From assembly GCA_024137785.1 (NCBI GenBank), contig JAHRHZ010000018.1, forward strand, positions 49,640,565-49,704,564: a DNA stretch of 64,000 nucleotides, given 5' to 3'. Numbering within the stretch: the first letter of the stretch is position 1; each line of letters opens with the position of its first letter. Shown here in pieces: positions 1 through 12,030 of this stretch. The notes below the pieces were generated by a model. That model saw only the letters and a list, made by a program, of their open reading frames with translations, was not told the DNA's origin and did not search any database. Origin of the DNA: Ginglymostoma cirratum (Eukaryota). A program made the position numbers and the translations under genes.

Positions 1-488
1 AGGCCTCAGTAATGGCCTGTTCCCCCACAGTCTTCTGAAAGTCTGGGTCCATGACTGTTATAATTTCTCTCAACTGATCAGACCTAACCATGCTGTACTC
101 ACAAGGAAGTGTAACTGAATCTAAGTACAAACCTTCTGTGACCCAGGCATGATTCCCTGCACTGGTGGTGGGTGCAGAGAGGCAGAAAACAGAGCCATCC
201 TCTGGGTCCTTGTTGTTACTGTCTTTACAGGTGGAGCCTTTGGTCTCCTGGAGTGGCTGAGTCCCAGGAGCAAGTAAGGTTTAAAAGTCTATGACGACAG
301 AACAATTACTCACAAGATCCTGAACAGCTATGTGGCAGCATAAGGTTTGATAGCTTCTCATTCTAATCTCTTGCCCATTCATGACCACTGTGTGGTTAGC
401 CTGGTTTCCTGCAGTCTTGAGGTCTTCTTCCTCAGTTGGGGTATAAAGCTGAGATCGGGCCCTCTGCCTGTCTTTGTCATTCCCTTCA

Positions 489-845
489 GGGGTGGCATGG
501 TGGCTCAATGGTTAGCACTGCTGCCTCACAGCACCAGGACCTGGGTTCAATTCTACCCTCAGGCAACTGTCTGTATGGAGTTTGCAAGTTTTCCTTGTGT
601 TTGCAAGGGCTTCCACCGGGTGCTCTGGTTTCCTCCCACAGTCAAAGATGTTCAGGTTAGGTAGATTGGCCATGCTAAATTACCTGTAGTGTTCAGGGAT
701 GTATAGGTTGGGTGCATTAGCCATGGGAAATATATGGTTACAGGGAAAGGGTAGGGAGGTTTGTCTGGGTGGGATGCTGTTCAGACCATCAGTGTGGAAT
801 TGGTGGGCCAAATGGCCTGTTTCCATGTTGCTGTGATTCTGTATT
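489..845 (+). mobile_element. HE1-type tRNA-derived SINE (V-SINE superfamily)
   Basis: tRNA-like head GGGTGGCATGGTGGCTCAATGGTTAGCACTGCTGCCTCACAGC with B box GGTTCAATTC, V-domain core GGTTTCCTCCCACAGTC..AAGATG..CAGGTTAGGT.GATTGGCCATGCTAAATT, and a HER1-like 3' tail. Homologous to four other copies in the window. Confidence 0.9.
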
Positions 846-949
846 GTATCTGCTTTTCTTGCATGAGAGAGTGGAGACTAGTGACTTGACAAATGCCAAT
901 GTTCTCCTTAACCCCTATGCCTAGATGAGAGACTACCCCATGGGATTGC

Positions 950-1170
950 TATCAAGTGAGGTCATTGACCTTTTGCTGTACTGGATCCAGGCTTTTTAGT
1001 GGACCACACAGTTGCTAACCTGTTCTGTAATTTACATCCAAGCTGCCTTGCTCAGAGAGGATTGTGTCATATTCATCACTTGGGAAGATCATCTCCTGCT
1101 GTTCGCTAACGGCCTGGTGGAAAGTCTGGTCTAAGTCTTTTCTCTGACATCTCCAAAGTAATGTGAAAGG
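950..1170 (-). pseudogene. Degraded Myb/SANT-like DNA-binding domain of a PIF/Harbinger DNA transposon
   Basis: Minus-strand translation with frameshifts gives HQAVSEQQEMIFPSD...AAWM*ITEQVS...WIQYSK.VNDL, resembling the Harbinger Myb/SANT pattern (AW..VA..VS...RTW.QCRK..NDL). Confidence 0.55.
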
Positions 1171-2799
1171 AGCTTGGCCATAATGTGAGTGGTGGAGTGG
1201 TTGGATTGGGGGGAGGTTCCCAAGACACCAGTGTTTATTCAGAAGGGGAGTAATGGCACAGATGTTTGAGGGTAATGAAAGGTTGCACCTGCTGAATTGT
1301 CATGCAGTGGTGGGACCCACCATAAGAAACCCATCTCCATTGCATTATTACATGTATTCACCATACTCATAGCCAGTCCTTTGACGTTTCACAGCAATTG
1401 CTTGGGCGGGTCAGCTTCCGACATGAAGATGGAAGCAGCTCTATTTCCAGTGTTGCTGTCAGAAACGGTATGCATTTGCCAAAACATTACAGCTAACAGC
1501 AGTGGTTAGTTCCATTAGATTAGAGTCAAATTTAAATTTTGAAGAAAACAATCTTAAAGTGATAAACACTCTGGAAATGGATGAAGTTGCACTTTCTGTT
1601 GATGACTGACAATCGGTTTTGGTTAGAGCTTGATAGGTTTCAAGCTTTGGCCACGCTAAATTCAAAATATCAGCAAAATCAGTCTGTTTCCCTCTAGAAT
1701 ATAATGTGCCCTTCCTTAGGTAGGAGTCTAATGATGTAGAAATCCTTGTAGAAAACTCCTTGTCATAGTTTTGACAGAAATATGGGTGTGAAATGGTAAA
1801 CAAGAGTACAGGATGCAGGCCTTGGGGTCAATTTCTTAAATTATTCACTACTTCACAATTCCATGATCAGAGAATTTTAGAAAAAATAACAACTATTTTT
1901 ATTTGGCAAATATCTAAAAATCTTGACATTCTCTAAGGTCTTCTGTCGCTTTTAACAGAGAATGTTGCATTACATCGTTAGATATTCAATTAATAGCGGA
2001 AGGCAATTAAGTCTCTTACATACCTTGTGCTAGAGCAGGCAGAATTTATAAGATATGCAAGTCAAACTATAAAAAAGCCAGAAGAGTATTCTTGTTGTTA
2101 GGCATGACACAGCATGGAATGATAATGTGCATGACCTACCCTATAAACTGTATATTTAGTTAAAAAAAACAAAAATTCTTCCGGCATAAAAATTAAACAG
2201 GTTGAAAAGCATGCCAAAACATTTCAATTGCTGGGAAGAAGAAAAATAATATGGTAAGTCCGTTGACGGTTTCTTCGAGGTTTGGAGTGGCTCTTCAGTC
2301 TCATCATATTTCACACCATATGCAATACTTCAGATGCCCTTATATCCGTGTGGAAAGACAGCAGAATGTGACAGGCAGATACAGAATAATGAACTTGCAG
2401 CCCTTAAGGGACAATCACTTTCACTTAATATCATGAAGCTCAAAATGAAGAAAGAATTGCTAAAGTCAATGAAGATGCAATATCTTCGAGCAAGAAGGAA
2501 TTCCAAAAAGGTAGAACTACTCTGCTGAGTAAAGTCTTGGCCCTGACATTGCAGTCAGTGTAGTGATAGAGTTTGATGGATATGCAGATGAGCCTATGAG
2601 GATTCGGCTTGCATGGCCAGCAGTGCTAGTGGGGAAGTGCTACATGTTGAAAAAAGTGCTGGAATTTTGAACATTGGTAGCTTTTGTGGGTGGAAACATT
2701 GCTATTTCAATTGGCAAAATACAGGCTGTACCTGATTAGTTTGTTCAAGAGTATGGGGACCAGGAATCTCTAAATGTGGTCAAGACTATATTGTTTAGC

Positions 2800-3662
2800 T
2801 TTTCAGTCTCAGTCAGCTGAGATAGAAAAAAAATTGTTTTTAAAACCAAGGATTGTGGAAAGGATTACCGCATTTTCTTAAAAAAAAGATAGGTATCCTG
2901 AGACTCATTGTATCAGTTTACCTTGTCATTTGTTTAAATGTCAGGAGAGGTTTAGCTACAGGTGAGCTGGAACCAGGGAATGTGTATGAAATGGGAACAA
3001 GTAGCTGATTGGTGTGTGGAATGGTGACCAGTTGTACTTACCAAAGGTCTTCTGCCTGAATACAATTTTGTGTTAGGGTTCTAGGTAGCTGAACAGCTTG
3101 TTGGTATGAATGGTTGGTCAGGAGCCATTGGATCTCCAAAAATGCAGGTGATATCTTCTTTCTGCAGTGAAAAACATCTTAAAACTGAAGTAAACCAGTT
3201 TACTCCCTTCGTTGATGCAGGAAGCTGTGGCTTTTAACAATTAGGTCAGAGAATTTATAAGTGTGAACCAGGCACTCTGTGCATTCTGTAATCAAGTGAA
3301 TGTACTTGGCGGAGGAAGATCGAGGAGCAGTAAGTCCTGATAAACCAAAGAAGATCATCTCCATGAACCCTGTAGACAGGAGCCATTGACCTTGTTTTGT
3401 TTTAAGGGGTCAGAGTTTAACATAGTTTTAGCGTATCTTGATGGTTCATAATTTTTTACCTGTCGATAAAATCCATTTATTTGTCATAAATAGTCCTTCT
3501 TGTTGAGTTCAGAAACCTGGTCAAAGCTTGCTGTTCATCTAGGTCCAAAAGATGAGATATATTGGTGAATTTTATGTACTTTTATAGAATCTTTAACGTT
3601 CGTGACCTCACTGGGAATAGTGGGGCTTGATTTCCAGTGTGTTACCCCAGTGAGGTATAGTA
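2800..3662 (+). mobile_element. Probable degraded solo LTR
   Basis: 2958-3060 (CAGGTGAGCTGGAACCAGGGAATGTGTATGAAATGG...GTGACCAG...CAAAGGTCTTCTGC) is homologous to the reverse complement of ~22763-22868 in the LTR of the element at 15785-23530. Boundaries approximate. Confidence 0.45.
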
Positions 3663-4639
3663 AGTGTGGGAAAATGCTTCCATGGAATTGAAGTATGAGA
3701 ATGATATTTTATTTTGTATGAGAGACCAGAAAATTATTTGTCTTCATTTGATGATCTGGAGGCAGATGTGATCTGATCTGTGATCAGATGTGACAGTAAG
3801 CAATTTTGAAGTCCCTGCTATCTCATCTATTCACCCAGGATGTTACACAAAACTCCAGATGCAGTCCCAGTAGTTCTGACCATGGCTCTTCTAGTAAAAG
3901 CAGCAATTTCTGAAGAGATCTTAAAATTATTTTTGATTTACTGTTCTTGTGTGAATCCTCTGAATGAGTGAGTCTATACACTGCAATCTTCCCAATGATT
4001 CCCTTCTCTTCATGCTAGAATTGAAAATGTGGCACAGGAATCGCAAGACATTGTTGCTTTTCTTTTTGCAATCAAATGGTGTTACTCCTCAGATCTTCTT
4101 TAATGGCACAGATTCAACATTCAGTCGTTTTCCTTTGTCAGATCTTCAGCTCACTAGAGGGTATTATGAAAGAGACCATATAACTGATGTTCCGTCAACA
4201 GAACGTTGTACCATTTTGATGAGCATCCACCAGTCTTCATCCAGATGTTGTTGTTATTTTTTGATGTTCCTCCTATTTTTCTTTACTGGCCTGTTACCAC
4301 CACTTTCCTTCCTGCGTAACTATCCCTTCAATCTCATTTACTCTATTCTGCTTTTCATCTTATCAAAGACCTTCCCTTTTATTTTTTTCCCTGAACCTTC
4401 TCCTTTCCAATGTCTCCATACTTGCTTAAGTCCTGTGATGCCTGACATTTTTTAGTTATGTTTGTTTCTCTCTCCATATCATCTGCTCGGTGTGGTGTGA
4501 ATTTCCAGCTTTCTCAGACTTTTAACATCCACAATATATTGCCCGTTTATTTTTATAGAAAAAGCTTGATCTAATAAATTGAAAGAGAATAATGTTTATG
4601 TGAATTAACTTGTAAGCAGCACCGAGAAGCTCTGTGCAT

Positions 4640-5041
4640 ATTTTTCTTATACAAAGACAGTGTATGGGCATTGTTGGATACCCATCCCTAATTGCACTGG
4701 AGAAGGTAACAATGAGCTGCTTTATTGAACTGCCACAGTCCTTGGGATGTAGGTACACTCACAATGCTGTTGTGAAGGGGTTTCTGGAGTTAGACCAGAA
4801 ACAGTGAAGGAGCAGTGATATAGTTTTAAGTCAAGATGGTGTGTAATTTGGAGGAGTACATGCAGTTGGTAGTGTTTCCATGCATTTGTTACCCTTGTCC
4901 TTCTAGGCAATGGAGGTCATTGGTTTGGAAGGTGCTGTTGAAGGAAGCTGAAGGAGTTGCTACACTGCATGTTGTAGATGGTACGTGTGCTGCTACTATG
5001 CATTAGTGGTGACTGGAGTGAATATTGAACATGGTTGATGG
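4640..5041 (-). mobile_element. 3' fragment of CR1-group LINE family B
   Basis: Reverse complement matches the 3' ends at ~27130-27525 and ~45300-45675 (CATCTACAA.ATGCA..., TAGGGATGGG tail). Confidence 0.75.
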
Positions 5042-5044
5042 AGG

Positions 5045-5316
5045 CTAGAATACCGCTCCTGGCTCACTGGCCGGCCAACTCTGCAACTGCTTTACTGCAA
5101 GGATCCAGGCCTACAGTGCTGCTGCTGCTGAAACCATCTCTAAAACCACCTCTGAAACCGCCACCACTCCGGACCCTGTCGAAGGAGGAGTAAAAACTGA
5201 AAAAGAAAAGAAAAAAGCCAAGAAAAGAAGGAAAAAGAAGAAAAATATACAGAGTGAACAAGTCCCAGGCTTTGGAGCTTGGATGCTGCCTACTCTGCCG
5301 CTGCCACCTTTTAGAA
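5045..5316 (-). mobile_element. 5' head of a non-autonomous Rex1/Babar-like element
   Basis: Reverse complement AAGGTGGCAGCGGCAGAGTAGGCAGC...AGCCTGGGACTT followed by a pyrimidine run is homologous to the head of the element at 41807. Confidence 0.55.
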
Positions 5317-6036
5317 GGCATAGTAACGTAATATTTGTATGTCTGAGTGAGTTCAGTTTCTGGTCAATGGTAGGATTTTGATAGTAGGAGATTCAGCAAC
5401 GGGGAAGCGTAAACTGAAAGTCTGTGTTTTTTCACTTGTTGCTTCCTACTTATCAAAATGTATATAGCTATTCCTTGTTATGAGCTGTTCATTCCGTAAT
5501 CTCACGACAAATATTTCTAAATTTTCAATTAGAAACATAAGGGAGATTTCATTCTTACTTCACCTTCATTGCAATCAGTGGAAGAAACATATGGCAGGTT
5601 CCATAACAAGCAGAACATCCACTCAATGTCTAACAGCCGAGGTGTTGCAGCAGAAAATGCAATACATTGAATTTAGCAGCACAGAAGGAAAACTTGTGGC
5701 TGATCATACTTTGATCATTCTCAAAAGGAGCTATTCATTCAGTCACATTTGTCTGTCCTTTTACTATTGCCTTCATTTTATTTTCATATATTTATCTGTA
5801 TGATACTGCTCCCATTCATGTTTCTGCTTGAGAATTCAACGTCCCAGCAACCAAAAAAAAATCTACTAGCGTACCATTTGATATTGAACTTGAATCATGT
5901 CTTTTAGGTTCTAACTCATTGACCTGCCCATTGAAAATAGTTTTTGCAGTTTATTCCCTGAAAATGATTGTTACCACTATCAGATTTCCTTCAATCTTCT
6001 TTGTTCTTTTTTCAATTTTTCATCATGAAGTTTTAC

Positions 6037-6385
6037 TTTTTTTTTATTCATTCATGGGATGAGGACATCACTGGCTAGGCAGCATTCATTACCCATCCCT
6101 TTTTGCCCAGAGCCAACCACATTGCTAAGGGTCTGGAGTCACATGTAGGCCAGACCAGGTAAGGGTGGCAGTTTCCTTCCCTAAAGGGCATTAGTGAACC
6201 AGATGGGTTTTTCCCCAGCTATCGACAATGGATTCACGATCATTGTTAGATTCTTAATTCCAGATACTTCCTGAATTCAAATTCCACCATCTGCTGTGGT
6301 GGGATTCGAACCCAGGTCCCCAGAACATTATCTGGGTCTCTGGATTAACAGTCCAGCAATTATACCACTGGACCATTGCCTCCCC
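6037..6385 (-). mobile_element. tRNA-derived SINE family 2 with a LINE-B 3' tail (central domain possibly MetaSINE-type)
   Basis: Minus strand: GGGGAGGCAATGGTCCAGTGG...GGTTCGAATCCC (A/B boxes), core GGTTCACTAATGCCCTTTAGGGAAGGAAACTGCC...ACATGTGACTCCAGACC, tail CATGAATGAATAAAAA. Homologous to 10088-10434 and 22350-22710. Confidence 0.9.
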
Positions 6386-8379
6386 ATACATGATACATGG
6401 TCTCCATTACTGTGGGAATTTTTCTCTTGTGGAACCCTTTTTTGCTTTTGAGTTGATAAAGATATTGTTAACTTACAATATTTTCTGAGGGATATGAAGT
6501 GGCCACCCTTGTAGCAGAAAACTGCCCCTGCTAGATATTCTTTACTTTTGTTATTCTGTTTGGAGCCATATATTGTTCAACCTAATATGGTATATTATGT
6601 TCATTCCCACTCTTTTCCCAGTTTGGCTGGCTTAAGGGAGGGTGATGATGCCACCTTACGCTAACCTATGGGACCAGGTCAGTAGAATCCCTGATATTTC
6701 CTCACTGTACAGAATGGCTTTGGGCCTTGAATTCTGCCTGTTGAATCCAATGAATTGGATTGCCTGTTCCAACATCAATCTTCCTTGAGTTGAAGAAAAT
6801 CTGATAAAGTCTCATCCCTTGCACCAATTACCGTTGGGTCTCTAATTATTTCTTCCTTCACAGCTCTGTGACCACATCCTACTGGATGATATAATTGAGT
6901 TACAAAAGTTTCTGTCAATAATCTCAAGTGCTAAGATTGCTATTTAAATGTCACCTTATTCATTCACTAAGTTTCTTTTGGGGCTAAGGTATCTGTTGAA
7001 TATGATAATCAGTGTGTCATTCTCTACCATAGATTATGCCATGCTTTTTATTACCAAAACATCATCAGCTATTGGACCTGCAGCATATAGAAAACATGCT
7101 GACCTGGTGGCACTGCTGTTTTGCGAGTAAATCTCAACTTGTTGCGTAGCATTGAAACTGCTACTTCCAGAGTTTGCACATCTGACCCCATTGTGAGCTT
7201 TCCATGCTATCAAATGGTTACGGTAATGGCAAGGTCTCTACCAGAGTTACCATACCCACAGGCTAACATGTCTCACTGACCTGAATCAGCAAGTATACAT
7301 GCTTGCTACCTAAGTGTTCCAATCCATGTTTTTCATCTTCAGAGTATTCCCAGTATGCAGCTAGGCTTTGAAGTCTTCCAAGATCTTTTAATATGATCCT
7401 ATAGAGTCTTCATGGTCTGTGGCTTGTGTCAAATTCTTCTGAGGTCTTTTTCCTGCTTTCTGAGTCTTTTCCTTTTCCAGCTGTCTTTTCTTTTCTCTCA
7501 AAGCTTTCTGAGGTCTTGACCTACAGTTGGGGTCTTCACACTTTTAACCAGCTGCACCTTCCAAGTTTTCAAAGGCTCTGTCCTTCCCTTGGAATCTTCC
7601 CTTTTCCTTTGCATCCCTTGGACTCTGTTTTATCTTTGGATCCTGGCCCTAGAGCTTTTTTTTTCCTTAGCTGCCACCCTGCTTTATCTTGTAATTTCAG
7701 CCAATGCTGTTACTTGCACATTCAGATATCAATGTGGAGCCTCTTAGAGTGTGGATGGCTGAACAAATGCTGCCCCTGAGGTTGCTTGCCCTTCATCACT
7801 AAGTAAGGCTCTTCAACTCCTTATGTACGGTCATTAATTCAGTAGAGGGCAGGGGTCTTGCCTCACAGGATGTGCAAAGAGCAAACCTTTTCAGGGTTAC
7901 CCATGGCTTCTGGCTTGGAGACATCTGTCTTTCAAAGTCACTCAGCACCTGATTGAGAAATTTAACATTTGGAAGGTAGTGAAATGCTGACAGCCATTCC
8001 CCTGCTGCTGACCGCTTGCCCACACTCCCCCCGACTCATACTTTTCTCCCCAGACATCTATCATTACTCAATTCCGATCCAGTGATTTAGATCTTGTCTG
8101 GGTGCCGCAGCATCAGTAACCAACCCCTCCCAGTGACACTGCCATTCAGTGGAACTGGCAGGTTCTGATTGGCTGGCAGATTTCCGCAGGTTGATCTTCA
8201 GCCCTGGATCCTTAATCCAGAGGGTCCATCTGCCAGTGGTCCTGTTAAATGCCTGAGTGGCACCAGATGAGACAGGCCTTCATGGATTGAGGCAACACTG
8301 GGCTCTCGCCAGATTTCTAACTGGTTCCCAATATTTCCACTGCCTTAACAAGGTTCTACATGTTGAAACTAAAATTACA

Positions 8380-9005
8380 CACAATGCTCACGGATCTGGT
8401 CTCATCAATGCCAAGGTACGATTGTACCTGAACTTCCTTATTCTTAGAGAATCTACTAGAATCCCCTTGCACTAAAGGCCAACATGTTATTTGCCTTCCT
8501 ATTTGCTTGCTGTGTTCCTTGTATGAGTACGCCCAAATCCTTTTGATGATCAACATTCACAATTTAAAAACCTTACACTTATTGCTTTTCTATTCTTTCT
8601 AACAAATTGAATAGCTTTATTTTCCATAAATAATACATCATCTACCAGTTATTGCCAACTCACTTAATCAGTTTAAGTGTCTCTGCAGCCACCTCACATC
8701 TTTCATTCCACCTAGCTTCATATCATCTGCAAACTTCCTTTATTATTTTTTCCTTTATCTAAGTCATTAATGTAGAATGTAAATAGTCACGGACGCAACA
8801 CTGAACATTATGGCACTCCACCACTCCCAGCCTGCCAATTTGGAAATGTTCTATTTATCCCTATTATTTGCCTCCTGTCTATTAACCAATCCTCCATCCA
8901 TATAAATTCATTATCCAAACTCCATGTGTCTTGATCTGGTGTAATAAATAACCTTTCTGTGGCACCTTAGCAAATGCCTTTTGGAAATCCAAACATACCA
9001 CTGAA
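8380..9005 (-). mobile_element. Degraded HER1/CR1 LINE RT fragment
   Basis: Minus-strand peptide VVCLDFQKAFAKVPQK (CR1 RT motif LDFxKAFDKVPH), followed by degraded GVPQ and KFADD-like sequence. Confidence 0.75.
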
Positions 9006-9952
9006 CACAATGCGCACAAGGCACCGTAAATGGAGCCAAGAAACCTAGATATAAAAACTACAATGCCAGTTGTTTGCAATTTAATATGAAGTTGGAATTT
9101 TATGAATTTTACTTGAAATGTTTGTTGGTGATGAACTTCCTCAGTATTCATGCCCCACTACTCACACTTAGGGGTCCTTTCTAACTACAAAAATTGTGTA
9201 AGAATAATGTATAACCTGATTTAGTTGTTGCGATGACAATCTCCAGATTGTCATCTCCGATGACAAATATCAGATGATTGTTTCCTTTGGCTAGAGTCAT
9301 TGTGTGTGAAGTATGAAGAGTGGAAAAGTGTATCTTATTTCCTGGAAATATACTAGAAGGGATTGTTTCCTTCATTATCTACTGTTTTATTTGATTTGTC
9401 AGTCTAGTGAGGATTTGATTTGATTTATTTTGGTGATTTAATTTATTTATTGTTACATGTACCTAAGTGCAGTGAAAAGCTTTCTTTACGAGCAGCACAG
9501 GCAGAACATAGTAAACAAGGGCATACAGATCACAGGGTGAAAAATACATTTAGACAGAGGCATACAGGTTGCATTGCACAGGGTGTACATTAGCAAAATC
9601 AACATTAGCAAGATCAGCATTATTTGAAGTTCGAGTTCATTCATCAATCTAATAACAGCCAGGAAGAAGCTGTTCCTGAACCTGTTGACACATGTGTTCA
9701 AGTTTCCACATCTTCTGCCTGATAGAAGGGGTTGTAGGAAAGCATTACTGGGTGCAATGGGTCTTTGATGATTTTGGCAGCCTTTCCACAGTAGCGAGTC
9801 GTGTAAATTGAGTCCATTATTGGAAGGTTGGTTTCTGTGATGGTCTGGGCTGTGCACACCACTTTTTGTAGTTTCTTATAGCCCTGGGCAGAGCAGTTGG
9901 TACAGGCCGTTAAGCACCTGAACAGTATGCTTTCAATGGTGCATCTGTAGAA

Positions 9953-10052
9953 CAAAAACAAAGTTGCTGGAAAAGCTCAGTAGGTCTGGCAGCATCTGTG
10001 GAGGAGAAAACAGAGCTGACGTTTCGGGTCCGGTGACCCTTCCTCAGAACCT
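9953..10052 (-). mobile_element. 100-bp PLE-derived mini-element carrying a hammerhead ribozyme, with a 14-bp TSD
   Basis: Direct repeat GTGCATCTGTAGAA at 9939-9952 and 10053-10066. The insert is homologous to 43669-43768 and 62374-62482. Confidence 0.9.
10014..10051 (-). ncRNA. Minimal type I hammerhead ribozyme (PLE type), intact core
   Basis: Minus strand GGUU-CUGAGGA-A-GGGUC-ACCG-GACCC-GAAAC-GUC-AGCU: CUGANGA box, 5-bp stem II, GAAA box, palindromic ACGU stem III, GUC cleavage triplet and a short stem I. Confidence 0.8.
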
Positions 10053-10087
10053 GTGCATCTGTAGAAGTTAGTATGGGACCAATTTTT

Positions 10088-10434
10088 GGGGAGGTGATGG
10101 CCTAATGGCATTATCACTGGACTATTAATCCAAAGACCCAGATAATGTTCTGGGGACCCAGGTTCAAATCCCACCACGGCAGATTGTGGAATTTGAATTC
10201 AGGAAGTATCTGGAATTAAGAATCTAACAATGATCATGAATCCATGGTCGATTGTCAGAAAAACCCATCCGGTTTTAGGGAAGGAATCTGCCATCCTTAC
10301 CTGGTCTGGTGTCCAAGTGACTCTAGACCCACAGCAATGTCGTTGACTCTGAACTGCCCTCTGGGCAATTAGGGATGGGTAATAAATGCTGTCTAGAGAG
10401 TGATGTCCCTCATCCTGTGAATGAATAAAAAAAA
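10088..10434 (+). mobile_element. tRNA-derived SINE family 2
   Basis: A/B boxes (TGGCCTAATGG, GGTTCAAATCCC), core AGGGAAGGAATCTGCCATCCTTACCTGGTCTGG, tail GTGAATGAATAAAAAAAA. Inserted in the Rex LINE. Confidence 0.9.
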
Positions 10435-11571
10435 GCCTTACGGACATGCTAAATCTCCTGAGCCATCTGAGGAAGAAGCTACGTGTTGTGCCTTCTTGAC
10501 TGTTGCATTTATGTGGGAAGTTCGGGACAGGTTGGTGGTTATCCTCACTGTGAGGAACATGACAATTTCCAGCCTCTCAACCTCAGCTCCAGGAAGAGAT
10601 TGATCATAGAATTCACAGGGTTGCACTTTCAAAGCACTGGGAGGAGTTGCGAACTGAAAATCTAGAAGAATCCATTTGCCAATTATCCCACATATTTTAA
10701 TACTTTTCTTCAGGGTGCTCATTGGACAGCAAGACAAGACAGGTTAGTTGCAAGGCAAGTGCAAAAATCTGCAGCAAAAGGACACAGCAGAGGGTATCTA
10801 GGGAGGGGCTGCTGCCAGGAGTGGGACAAGCTTAAAGAGACAAGCTCAGTGAGCTTGGGAATGTGGTGGAGATAATGACTGGAGACTGAAATTGTGGTGA
10901 AAATAATGTTTGGAGGTGTTACAATTGTTGCCCAGTTACCACCCTCGACAACAGGTGTTGGCTCGCCGCAAGGAAGGAAATAGCCAGGTCTGTATCAACA
11001 AACAATCGATCTTATTGGTTAGTTAAAACAGACATACAATTCACATTGTTCGATTAAGAAAGAGTTAAAAGCAGGCATGCAATTTTTACAGGACTAAAAT
11101 CTATGCACATACCCACTAGGTTTTCTAAGACATCCCCTGAACAGTCACGGAAAATAAAGGCTAATACCCGAGAACAGGAGGTCTCGCTGGCCAGGCAATT
11201 CCCCAGGTACTCAGTGTGATCTCCATGCTTCCAAACATAGGGTTATCCACTTCAGCGAAGGTTAATCACCAGAGTTTTCGCTACAGACCCTCAGTCGCAC
11301 TCTGTTTTATCCCTGATCCTCTTACCTGCGTCTTCCAATCAGGGACATCTACCTAGACTCCATTTTCACCCCCTTGGTCCAGGAACTCCCTACCTACGTC
11401 CGTGACACCACCCACGCCCTCCACCTCCTCCAGAACTTCCAATTCCCAGGTCCCCAACACCTCATTTTTACGATGGATGTCCAGTCCCTATATACCTGTA
11501 TTCCCCATGCTGATGGCCTAAAGGCCCTCCGCTTCTTCCTGTCCCACAGAACGGACCAATCCCCCTCCACC

Positions 11572-11671
11572 NNNNNNNNNNNNNNNNNNNNNNNNNNNNN
11601 NNNNNNNNNNNNNNNNNNNNNNNNNNNNNNNNNNNNNNNNNNNNNNNNNNNNNNNNNNNNNNNNNNNNNNN
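11572..11671. other. Assembly gap (100 N)
   Basis: Run of N. Confidence 1.
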
Positions 11672-12030
11672 AAGGTGAGCCCTTTACTGAGGACTGACTG
11701 TTCGTCCTCAGTAAGGGGGAGGTCTGGGGGGATGGTGAAGACTCGGCAGGGCTCAGTGTTGCTGTCTCCTCTGGAGCTGCTGGCTGTGGAGGCTGTGGGC
11801 AGAGCGTTGTCGGCGTCGGCTGTGGGCGGAGTTACGTTGGCAGTGGGCGGGGTTGCGTTGGCGTCGGCGGTGGGCAGAGGTACGTCAGCGGTGGGTGTTG
11901 TGTCGGCTTCGGCGGTGGGCAGACTGGCATCGGCGGTGGGCGGAGCGGCGGCAACAGCGATGACGGTGTTGGTTTTGGTGATGGAGGCGGTGGTTTCAGC
12001 AGCGGCGGCGTTCGCTGTCCCGGAAGTGGT
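11672..12030 (-). mobile_element. Inverted N-terminal segment of the same PLE (Pro/Thr/Ala-rich repeat plus SKGL motif)
   Basis: Minus strand: (PPTADA)n repeats followed by PCRVFTIPPDLPLTEDEQSVLSKGLT, resembling the conserved PLE N-terminal LT..E..VLSKGL.F motif. Confidence 0.75.

Larger units (their letters stand above)
9415..10640 (-). mobile_element. Rex1/Babar-type LINE 3' region (RT C-terminus plus AATCA-repeat tail), interrupted by two younger insertions
   Basis: Peptides FYRCTIESIL..C.TA..NCSAQ..KKLQKVVCTAQTIT..NLP.MDSIY, KAAKIIKDP and NRFRNSFF.AVIRL are typical of Rex1/Babar RT; the tail reads (GATTT)n on the plus strand. Confidence 0.85.

Noticed and set aside
489-560. tRNA genes at SINE heads (also 10088, 31060, 61315)
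   Set aside because: A/B boxes continue into SINE bodies and tails; no complete cloverleaf with terminator.
3964-4455. 163-aa hydrophobic ORF
   Set aside because: Arises from T-rich, low-complexity sequence that partly resembles a decayed PLE end; no domain or splice support.
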